A stretch of 17,468 nucleotides of DNA from an uncultured Elusimicrobia bacterium (GTDB lineage Bacteria > Elusimicrobiota > Elusimicrobia > UBA1565). The translations under genes and the position numbers were made by a program. The notes under the pieces are model-generated. The model made no database searches. It was given only the letters and a program-made list of their open reading frames with translations, and was not told the DNA's origin. The DNA is taken from the NCBI GenBank assembly GCA_964359165.1, contig CAYHRV010000042.1, positions 1 through 17,468 on the forward strand. Reading direction: 5' to 3'. Shown here piece by piece: positions 7,593 through 14,964 of this stretch (the stretch's first letter is position 1; each line of letters begins with the position of its first letter).

Positions 7593-9965
7593 ATGATAAA
7601 TTACCGTTCCTGCCTTGCCGCCCTGCTGTCCTCTTCCCTCGCCCTGCTCTCACCGGGCATAGGGGTCCATGCCGTCCTGGCCCAGTCCATGGCGGCCGGG
7701 GTGCAGATCCCCGGCGCGACGAACGGCGCTCTCGGGGTCGCGGGCGCCTCCGGCTTCTCCATCCAAGGGCGGATGCAAAGTCCTTCCTCGCAGGTGTCGC
7801 TCGGCCTCGGCTCTCTCGCCGTTCCCTCCGCTCTCTCGGCCCCCCGGATGCAGGCGGTCCCGGGCTCCGCGGCTTCAGCGGCCGCGGCGCTGGGCCCGGC
7901 GCGCATGGGCGCGCCGTCCTTGGAGCGCGGTCTTGCTCCTCTCGCGCAGAGGGCGGCGCGCATGGGCGCGTCGGTGTTCCTGCCGTCTTCCGTCGGGGCC
8001 TCGCTCCAGGTTTCACCCTCGGGCGCCGTGACCGCAAAACATCTCCTGATGGGAATAGACACGGACCCCTCCGGGGCCGGTTCGGCCGAGCGGCAGGGCG
8101 TCCTGAAGACCCTGGGCCGGGAAATGCCCGATTTCGGCAAGATGGGGACCGCGGGCGCCAAGAACGGCGCGGAGAGCGATTTCATCGCCCGTATCGGGGG
8201 CCGTTCGGAAAGCGGCCTCGTCCTCTCCCGCGCCAAGGACATGCCGGAAGACCCGCCCTCGCGGCGGACCGGTCCCGATGACACCGACGACCTCGATGAG
8301 ATCGGCAATCCCAGGCGCAGGCAGGACGACGGCCCCGACAGCGTCTCGGACGGGTCCGAGGGCCGCGGGGGAGACGACAACGGGGTTCTTTTCGGGGCGG
8401 CGCGCAAAGGGCACTCGGGGCTCGCTCCCGCGGACAGCCTGGCCGCCCGGCGCTTGAGCGAGGAGGATGGAGAGGAGGGGCTGGCCGCGCCATCGCAGGC
8501 CGACCTCCCCGCCTCCGTGGACCTCATCGTCATACTCCAGGGAGCCGCCCGTCCCCTATCCACCGACATCCACCTGAGCCTGGTGGGGCGGGGAAGTTCG
8601 TCCAAGCGGCTGCTCAAGGCCTATGAGGCCGCTCAGCAGGGCATGCTGGCCGAACTCGCGGCCTCGGGCCTAGGGCAGGACGTGCTCGACGCTTTCGGAG
8701 CCAGCCCGGTGGCGACCTATCGCCGCATCAACGCGGCCACCCTGCGGGTGGCGGCTTCGCGGGCCGCGGACTTCAGGGCGGCGCTCGAGGCCAAGGGCTA
8801 TCAGGTCTACGACAACGCGAAGCGGGAGATCGTCGCGCCCATCCGGCCCGATGAGAACCGCCCCGACGCGCCGAGGCCCTCGGCCCGCGGCGCGCTCACC
8901 TTGCCGGAGACGCTCAAGATATCGACCGCGGACAAGGTCCATGACATCGCGCGGGCCAGATGGGGAGCCCCCGGCGCGGACCTGGGCTTCATCGCCCGTC
9001 TGACGCTCGGGATACTCCGGCATCTCGGGTTGTTGAACATCCCCCAGCCCGCCGTGGGCGTCATCGACACCGGAGCCGACACCACCCATAAGCTCCTGCG
9101 CGGGGTCAAAGAAGTCAAGAACGTGACGCGCGGGGAGAACGTCGACGACAACGGACATGGGACCTGGGTCACCTCTTTGGTGCTGTATTTCGCCCCCTGG
9201 CTGAAGAACGTAACTCATTATAAGACCTTCGAGGGGGGCGGGGCGACGCTCGACGACATCCTCAAGGCCCTCACTCTCTCGGGCAATGACGGGAACATCA
9301 TCATCTCCAATTCCTGGGGCTCGGATGAGGGGGATCCGGACGGGCCGGATTCCCAACTGGTCAAGAAGCTGGCCGAGGAAGGGCGCATCATGGTCTTCGC
9401 CGCCGGCAACGCGGGAAGCCGCAAGAACACCGTCGGCTCCCCGGCGATCGTGGTGCACCGCGACCCGGCCACGGGCGCGCCGCGGGTGCTGGCCGTGGCC
9501 GCGACGGACCGGGAAGGGCGGGTCGCCTATTTCTCCTCCCGGGGCAAAGGCAGCAAGATGACCTCGCGCGACCCCAAATACAAGGACTGGCCCCAGCGGC
9601 CGGACCTCGCCGAGCAGGGCTACAACACCGAGGGCGCCTGGCCCGCCAACCTGGGGCCGGGCCGGGTGGACCCGGAACTGGGCCCTCTCAACGCCATCTC
9701 GGGGACCTCGATGTCCACCCCGAAAGTGGCCGGGACCCTGGCCCTGCTGGCCCAGCTCTTCGGGGTGACGACGGTGGGGGAGAAGCTCGACGCCATCGTC
9801 AACGCGGTGATGAAGACCCTGGTCAATCCCCTTAACCAGGGGAAGGATGATGTCGGGGAGGGCTTCAGCGCGGCCTACGCCGCCTATGAGGAACTGGCCA
9901 AGACCATGAGTCCCGTGGCGCCGCCCTTCCTCGCCAAGTGGGTGCTCCGGCTTCTGGTCAGATAG
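7593..9965 (+). CDS. Secreted subtilisin-like serine protease (peptidase S8) with long N-terminal region
   Basis: Catalytic motifs: GVIDTGADTTHK (Asp), DDNGHGTWVTSL (His), IIISNSWGSD / VFAAGNAG (oxyanion Asn region), ISGTSMSTPKVAGTLALLA (Ser). N-terminal signal sequence MINYRSCLAALLSSSLALLSPGIGVHAVLAQS and good Shine-Dalgarno. Confidence 0.93.
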   Translation: MINYRSCLAALLSSSLALLSPGIGVHAVLAQSMAAGVQIPGATNGALGVAGASGFSIQGRMQSPSSQVSLGLGSLAVPSALSAPRMQAVPGSAASAAAALGPARMGAPSLERGLAPLAQRAARMGASVFLPSSVGASLQVSPSGAVTAKHLLMGIDTDPSGAGSAERQGVLKTLGREMPDFGKMGTAGAKNGAESDFIARIGGRSESGLVLSRAKDMPEDPPSRRTGPDDTDDLDEIGNPRRRQDDGPDSVSDGSEGRGGDDNGVLFGAARKGHSGLAPADSLAARRLSEEDGEEGLAAPSQADLPASVDLIVILQGAARPLSTDIHLSLVGRGSSSKRLLKAYEAAQQGMLAELAASGLGQDVLDAFGASPVATYRRINAATLRVAASRAADFRAALEAKGYQVYDNAKREIVAPIRPDENRPDAPRPSARGALTLPETLKISTADKVHDIARARWGAPGADLGFIARLTLGILRHLGLLNIPQPAVGVIDTGADTTHKLLRGVKEVKNVTRGENVDDNGHGTWVTSLVLYFAPWLKNVTHYKTFEGGGATLDDILKALTLSGNDGNIIISNSWGSDEGDPDGPDSQLVKKLAEEGRIMVFAAGNAGSRKNTVGSPAIVVHRDPATGAPRVLAVAATDREGRVAYFSSRGKGSKMTSRDPKYKDWPQRPDLAEQGYNTEGAWPANLGPGRVDPELGPLNAISGTSMSTPKVAGTLALLAQLFGVTTVGEKLDAIVNAVMKTLVNPLNQGKDDVGEGFSAAYAAYEELAKTMSPVAPPFLAKWVLRLLVR

Positions 9966-10677
9966 AGGCGGGTGCGGGCTGAGAGATGCCCAGGGCCCTT
10001 TGCACGGCTAGGACCAGGGACTGAGCCGGGACGGGTTTCGAGAGGAATTCCGCGGTGTTGGGTTCGCAGCGAAGGATGTTCACGGTGCCTGAGTCCATGA
10101 AGCGCCCCGTGATGATGAGGACTTTCAATCTCGGCGCCTCGGCTTGAAGGTCTCGAAGGATCTCGAAGCCGGAACGGCCCGGGAGCATGAGGTCTAGGAT
10201 GAGCAGGTCCGGAGCCCATTCCTCTCCCCGGCTGCGGAGTTCGCGCAGGAACTCGTCCCCGTCTGGAAAGATGTCCGTACGGAACCCGGTCTTGCGCAGG
10301 ATGAAGTCGTACATGCCGCGGATGGACTCGTCGTCCTCCACGATGTGGACGAGCTTGTCCTGGGGCCGTGGCCCGGCCAACCCCGCCTCCTCGCGCACCA
10401 CGTCCAGCAGCTCGCGAAGGCTCTTACCCGAGCGTTGGCGGCCCTTGCCCTCGGCCAGGAACAGGACGCCTTGGACCCCGAACCCCTCCAGCCAGGAGGA
10501 GGGCAGTCCCAGCGATTCGATGCGCCGGGGGGCGTCGGCGGAGGCGACCGCTTCCAGTATCTCCCTGAGCTGCTGGGCGCTCAGCGGATTGGTCTTCCCG
10601 GTGCCCGGGTGGACGGCCGTCACTTTCACGGTTTTCGGGCCTTCTTCGAGCAGGCGGGCCAAGTCTTGGGGGCTCAT
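9958..10677 (-). CDS. Response regulator: uncharacterised N-terminal region (about 110 aa) plus C-terminal receiver domain
   Basis: KLVHIVEDDESIRGMYDFILRKTGF...DLLILDLMLPGRSGFEIL...VLIITGRF...EFLSKPV is a full REC motif set. Start set to ATG 10677 (MSPQDLARLLEEG) because a promoter-like sequence overlaps the track's longer N-terminus (TTG 10722). Confidence 0.85.
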   Translation of the reverse strand: MSPQDLARLLEEGPKTVKVTAVHPGTGKTNPLSAQQLREILEAVASADAPRRIESLGLPSSWLEGFGVQGVLFLAEGKGRQRSGKSLRELLDVVREEAGLAGPRPQDKLVHIVEDDESIRGMYDFILRKTGFRTDIFPDGDEFLRELRSRGEEWAPDLLILDLMLPGRSGFEILRDLQAEAPRLKVLIITGRFMDSGTVNILRCEPNTAEFLSKPVPAQSLVLAVQRALGISQPAPASI

Positions 10678-10693
10678 CGGCGTGAACACCCGG

Positions 10694-10722
10694 ATTATGG
10701 CAGGAAAACCCATTTCCGTCAA
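10694..10722 (-). promoter_or_regulatory. Sigma70-like promoter for the minus-strand response regulator
   Basis: Minus strand: TTGACG - 17 nt (GAAATGGGTTTTCCTGC) - CATAAT; 5/6 matches in both boxes. Confidence 0.6.
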
Positions 10723-10802
10723 GGAGGTCGGCGCAAAGAGGGTCCTAAGGCCCTGGACAGGAAGGCGCCTTTCCTTTACACTTTATGTTACCCCATGTGT
10801 GA

Positions 10803-10844
10803 GCTGTTCTAAATAAAATGCCGCGGCATTTTCTTTAGAACAGC
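10803..10844. repeat. 42-bp near-perfect palindrome (20 of 21 pairs, no spacer), possible operator or hairpin
   Basis: GCTGTTCTAAATAAAATGCCG|CGGCATTTTCTTTAGAACAGC, one mismatched pair (T10814/C10833). It ends 6 nt before the ATG at 10851. Confidence 0.9.
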
Positions 10845-10850
10845 GAAAAT

Positions 10851-11240
10851 ATGAGCATTGCCACACAGACCACGATACTCCTCGTCGACGACGACCACCA
10901 GTTCCGTGAGACCCTCATGGACGCGATGTCGCTCAAGGGCGCGCGGGTGGAGGGGGCCGCCAACGGCAAGGACGCCCTGGCGGCGTTGGAGGGACCTCTT
11001 CCTTCCCTCATCATCCTGGACGTCCAGCTTCCGGATACCCACGGCTTCGAGCTCTGTCGCGCGATCCGGCATTCTCCTCGGACCCGGGACATCCCGGTGG
11101 TCCTGCTCTCGGGCCGGTATACGGAAGCCGCGGACCGGGCCGAGGGCCTCCTGACCGGGGCCGCCGCCTACCTCTCCAAGCCCGTCAGCCCGGAGACGCT
11201 TTGGGAAGAAGTGAGCTATCTTCTTGACAGGAGAGGTTGA
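10851..11240 (+). CDS. Single-domain response regulator (CheY-like receiver)
   Basis: TILLVDDDHQFRETLMDAMSLKG...LIILDVQLPDTHGFELCRAIR...IPVVLLSGRY...GAAAYLSKPVSPETL. Confidence 0.9.
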   Translation: MSIATQTTILLVDDDHQFRETLMDAMSLKGARVEGAANGKDALAALEGPLPSLIILDVQLPDTHGFELCRAIRHSPRTRDIPVVLLSGRYTEAADRAEGLLTGAAAYLSKPVSPETLWEEVSYLLDRRG

Positions 11241-11253
11241 GCCCTGCTATCAT
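11224..11253 (+). promoter_or_regulatory. Sigma70-like promoter for the trxA-...-rho run
   Basis: TTGACA (11224-11229) - 18 nt - TATCAT (11248-11253). The -35 is inside the 3' end of the preceding response regulator gene. Confidence 0.6.
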
Positions 11254-11337
11254 AGGCGTGTCGCAGCCCCGTGACGGTCCGACGAGAGTCCCGCAGACGA
11301 TCCTTCAAAAATCACCCATCTCTTCCCGGAGGAACCC

Positions 11338-11670
11338 ATGTCAGAAATCCAGTTGACCGACGAGAGCTTCGATAAAGAGGTCCTGCAGAGCCCAGACCCG
11401 GTCCTGGTGGATTTCTGGGCCACCTGGTGCGGCCCCTGCCGCATGCTGACGCCCCTCATCGAGGAGTTGGCCAAGGAGTACGCGGGCAAGGTCCGCGTGG
11501 GCAAGATCAACACCGACGAGCAGCCCAATTCAGCGACCCGATTCAACATCTCAGCCATCCCGACGCTCCTGTTCTTCAAGGGAGGAAAGGTCGAGCAGCA
11601 GATGGTCGGCGTGCATTCGAAGGCCGACATCAAGAAGACGCTGGACCAGCTTGTCGGCGCCAAGGCCTAG
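11338..11670 (+). CDS. trxA: Thioredoxin
   Basis: PVLVDFWATWCGPCRMLTPLIEELAKEY...KVRVGKINTDEQPNSATRFNISAIPTLLFFKGGKVEQQMVG; Shine-Dalgarno GGAGG upstream. Confidence 0.95.
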   Translation: MSEIQLTDESFDKEVLQSPDPVLVDFWATWCGPCRMLTPLIEELAKEYAGKVRVGKINTDEQPNSATRFNISAIPTLLFFKGGKVEQQMVGVHSKADIKKTLDQLVGAKA

Positions 11671-12205
11671 GCTGGCCCTGGCGCTGCTCGCCGCGGCTCT
11701 GGCGGCGGGCTGCTCCCGGGACTCCGGGCCCCCGGCCCCCCCCGGCGGCTCGGCGCAAGCGGGCGGGTCCAACGCCGCGGCGAAGGCTCCGAGCCTGGAA
11801 CTCAAGGATCTTTCGGGCCGCTCGGTCCGCTTGAGCGATTTTCAAGGGAAGGTCGTGCTGGTGGATTTTTGGGCCACCTATTGCGGTCCTTGTCATGAAT
11901 CCATCCCGGAGTTCGAGGCCCTCTATCGGCGCCATCGGGCGCAGGGCCTGGAAGTGGTCGGGGTCAGCATGGACGCTTTTACGGAACACATCAAGGCCTT
12001 CATCGACGAGAAAGGGATGACCTATACGGTGCTCATGGACCCGGAACAGACCACGCAAGGCCCCTGGGGGGTGCGCGGCTTGCCGACCACCGTGCTCCTG
12101 GACCGCTCCGGCCGGGTCCGCAACCGCTGGACGGGCTACGATTCGGAGCTCAAAGGCGAGATCGAGAGAGAGATCTCGGCCCTGCTCCGAGAGGGACGCA
12201 GTTGA
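11651..12205 (+). CDS. TlpA/ResA-like thioredoxin-fold lipoprotein
   Basis: Lipobox LAAGC in MSAPRPRLALALLAAALAAGCS; redox motif VVLVDFWATYCGPCHESIPEFEALYRRH; GVRGLPTTVLLDRSGRV. TTG start overlaps trxA by 20 nt. Confidence 0.88.
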   Translation: MSAPRPRLALALLAAALAAGCSRDSGPPAPPGGSAQAGGSNAAAKAPSLELKDLSGRSVRLSDFQGKVVLVDFWATYCGPCHESIPEFEALYRRHRAQGLEVVGVSMDAFTEHIKAFIDEKGMTYTVLMDPEQTTQGPWGVRGLPTTVLLDRSGRVRNRWTGYDSELKGEIEREISALLREGRS

Positions 12206-14913
12206 TCTCCCCCCTCATGGAGAAGAATCCCTCCGCCAAGACGTGCGAGCGGCTGTTCCTGGTGGACGCCCACGCCTATCTCCACCGGGCCTATCACGCC
12301 CTGCCGCCGCTGACCTCCCCCGCGGGCAAGCCGGTGGGGGCGCTCTACGGCTTCGCGAGGATGCTGCTCTCCCTGACGCGCCGGGAGAAGCCGGAACTGC
12401 TCGTCGTTTGCTTCGACGCGCCCGGCCCCACTTTCCGCCATAAGCTCTTTGAGCGCTATAAGGCCACCCGCAAGCCCATCGACGAGGACCTGAAGTCCCA
12501 ACTCGCGCTTTCCTGCGAGATGGCCTCGGCCATGGGGTTCTCGTGCGCCCAACTCCCGGGCTGGGAGGCCGACGACCTCATCGCCACGCTCGCCCGCCGG
12601 GGGAGGGAGCGAGGAGCCGACGTCGTGATCGTCAGCGGGGACAAGGACGCCCTGCAGCTCATCGACGACCATGTGCGCGTGCTCAACGAGGCGAAGGGGA
12701 CGATGCTCGATGACGCGGCCGTGGTCGCGAAGTTCGGCGTCCACCCGGCTCAAGTGGGGGATTATCTCGCTTTGACCGGGGACAGCTCCGACAACGTCCC
12801 GGGAGTGCCGGGCATCGGACCCGTGGGCGCGGTGAAACTCCTTTCCCGCTTCGGGTCCCTGGAGGCCCTGCTGACCGCCGCCCGGGAGGGCCACGGCGAC
12901 ATCCCCGCCAAGACCGCCGAGTCCCTGCGCCGCGGCACGGAGCAGGTCCGCTTCGGGCGCGAACTGGTGACCTTGGATTCCAACTCCCCGGTCGACCTCG
13001 ACCTCGACGGCTGCGCCCCGGCGGTCCTCTCCGAGGCCGCCCCTTCCACGGCGGCGACGGAGCGCCTTGTGCGCCTATTCACGGAAATGGGATTTAATAG
13101 TCTTCTGCCGGCCGCCGACGCAGGCGTTCGAGCAGGCGCCCAGGCAGGCGCCTCGCAGGCGCCCGTTGTTTCAGCTTCTTCTTCTTCATTTCCTATTGTC
13201 CGTTTCGTTTCCGAGAAAGAATTCCTTTCTTCCGCCAAAACGGCGCCGGCCGCGGCGCTGTCGGTCCGTAGCGAAGGTGAGGACTTATTGAAAGCAGCCG
13301 GTCCGGTGGCCACCTTGGCCCTCGCCGGCGGGGAAGTCTGCGTCTTCAACGACGACGCCCTGCGCAAGCACCGCAAAGCCCTCTCCGAGATGTTCCTTTC
13401 CTCGAAGACCCTGAAGATCGGACATGACTTGAAGACCGCCATCGGCCTGCTGCGCTCGGCCGGCCTGGAGCTCGCGGGCCCGCGCTTCGACACGGCGCTG
13501 GCCGCCTGGTGCCTCGACCCGTCCCTTTCCAAACCCTCTCTCGCCGCGGCGGCGCGGACTTACTTGGGCCTGGAGTTCCCCCCAGGGGCGGCGCCCGATT
13601 CCCCGCCCTCTCCCGCGGCCGAGGCTGAAAGGACTCTCCGCCTGCACCCCTTGGCCAAAGTCCTGGAGGAGAAGCTGGCCTCCGAGGGGCTCGCGCGGGT
13701 CTATTCGGAGCTGGAACTGCCGCTCCTGGACATCCTGGCCTCCATGGAGGCCCAGGGCGTGGCTGTGGACTCCGGGTATCTGCAAGCCCTGCGCGGGGAA
13801 TTCGCCGAGAAGATCGCCCAGCTCCGCACGGAGATCGACGAGCTCGCGGGCATGGAGGTCAACCCCAACTCCCCCAAACAGCTCGGCGTGCTGTTCTTCG
13901 AGAAGCTCGGCCTGCCGGTCGTTCATAAGACGGAAAAAGGCGGGGCCTCCACCGATGAGGAGACCCTGCGGGTGCTCTCCCTGCGCCATCCCTTGCCCGC
14001 CAAGATCATGGATTTTCGGGAACTCAGCAAGCTGCAGTCGACTTATGTGGAAGGGCTCCTGGCCCGGATCGATCCCCTCACCCGCCGCGTGCATACTCAT
14101 TTCAACCAGATGGGCACGGAGACGGGGAGGCTCTCTAGCCTCGACCCCAATCTGCAGAACATCCCCGTGCGCACTCCCCTGGGCCGGAAGATACGCCGGG
14201 CTTTCACCGCGGCCGAGGGCCGCGTCCTGCTCTCGGCCGACTACTCCCAGATCGAGCTCCGCGTCCTGGCCCACATCTCCGGCGACCCGGAACTGAGGCG
14301 CGCTTTCGAGAGCGGGGAGGACGTGCACCTGAGGACGGCCTCCGAGGTGTTCGGCGTCCCGGCCTCGGCCGTCGATAAAGAGATGCGCCGCCGGGCCAAG
14401 GCCGTCAATTTCGGCATCGTCTACGGCCAGACCGCCCATGGGCTCGGCCTCCAGTTGGGCATCCCCTTCGCCGAGGCACGCGACATCATCGCCCGCTATT
14501 TCGCCCGCTATCGCGGGGTGGAGTCCTGGATCAAGGGGAACCTGGAATCCGCCCGCAGGGAAGGGGTCGTGCGCACGCTCTACGGGAGGATGCGGCGCCT
14601 GCCCGACCTGGCCGCGAAGAGCAGGAAGCTCTCCGGCTTGGCCGAGCGCGCGGCGGGGAATACCCCCATCCAGGGCTCGGCGGCCGACCTCATCAAGGCC
14701 GCCATGGTCCGCGTCTTTGGCGGCATGAAGGGGCCCGCCCGCTTGGTCCTTCAGGTGCATGATGAGCTCCTCTTCGAGCTCCCCGAGAGCGAGGTGGGGG
14801 CTTTCGCGCCCTGGGTGAGGACCCAGATGGAGGAGGCGGTCCGGCTCGACGTGCCCATCGTCGTGGACCTCAAGGTCGGCAAGAACTGGCAGGATATGGA
14901 GCCGCTCCCATGA
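12202..14913 (+). CDS. polA: DNA polymerase I (5'-nuclease, degenerate 3'-5' exonuclease region, polymerase)
   Basis: 5'-nuclease: LFLVDAHAYLHRAYHALPPLTSPAGKPVGALYGFARML, GWEADDLIATLAR, VIVSGDKDALQLI, GDSSDNVPGVPGIGPVGAVKLL. Polymerase: GRLSSLDPNLQNIPVRT, SADYSQIELRVLAHISGD, RRRAKAVNFGIVYGQTAHGLG, LVLQVHDELLFE. TTG 12202 or ATG 12217 may be the start. Confidence 0.97.
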   Translation: MISPLMEKNPSAKTCERLFLVDAHAYLHRAYHALPPLTSPAGKPVGALYGFARMLLSLTRREKPELLVVCFDAPGPTFRHKLFERYKATRKPIDEDLKSQLALSCEMASAMGFSCAQLPGWEADDLIATLARRGRERGADVVIVSGDKDALQLIDDHVRVLNEAKGTMLDDAAVVAKFGVHPAQVGDYLALTGDSSDNVPGVPGIGPVGAVKLLSRFGSLEALLTAAREGHGDIPAKTAESLRRGTEQVRFGRELVTLDSNSPVDLDLDGCAPAVLSEAAPSTAATERLVRLFTEMGFNSLLPAADAGVRAGAQAGASQAPVVSASSSSFPIVRFVSEKEFLSSAKTAPAAALSVRSEGEDLLKAAGPVATLALAGGEVCVFNDDALRKHRKALSEMFLSSKTLKIGHDLKTAIGLLRSAGLELAGPRFDTALAAWCLDPSLSKPSLAAAARTYLGLEFPPGAAPDSPPSPAAEAERTLRLHPLAKVLEEKLASEGLARVYSELELPLLDILASMEAQGVAVDSGYLQALRGEFAEKIAQLRTEIDELAGMEVNPNSPKQLGVLFFEKLGLPVVHKTEKGGASTDEETLRVLSLRHPLPAKIMDFRELSKLQSTYVEGLLARIDPLTRRVHTHFNQMGTETGRLSSLDPNLQNIPVRTPLGRKIRRAFTAAEGRVLLSADYSQIELRVLAHISGDPELRRAFESGEDVHLRTASEVFGVPASAVDKEMRRRAKAVNFGIVYGQTAHGLGLQLGIPFAEARDIIARYFARYRGVESWIKGNLESARREGVVRTLYGRMRRLPDLAAKSRKLSGLAERAAGNTPIQGSAADLIKAAMVRVFGGMKGPARLVLQVHDELLFELPESEVGAFAPWVRTQMEEAVRLDVPIVVDLKVGKNWQDMEPLP

Positions 14914-14936
14914 AACGGCGGTTGGCCCCGACAACG

Positions 14937-14961
14937 AGCATCCTCCCGCGGGGAGGACGCT
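14937..14961 (+). promoter_or_regulatory. Hairpin whose 3' arm contains the likely Shine-Dalgarno of the rhomboid gene
   Basis: AGCATCCTCCC-GCG-GGGAGGACGCT: 10 of 11 pairs, 3-nt loop. GGGAGG (14951-14956) is 8 nt upstream of ATG 14965. Confidence 0.6.
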
Positions 14962-14964
14962 GAC

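Noticed and set aside
10775-10789. lac-promoter-like string TTTACACTTTATG upstream of the 10851 gene
   Set aside because: No -10 hexamer at 16-18 nt spacing from TTTACA; resemblance appears coincidental.
10187-10816. Plus-strand 209- and 155-aa ORFs opposite the response regulator
   Set aside because: Antisense to a receiver-domain gene; Ser/Arg/Pro-rich with no motif.
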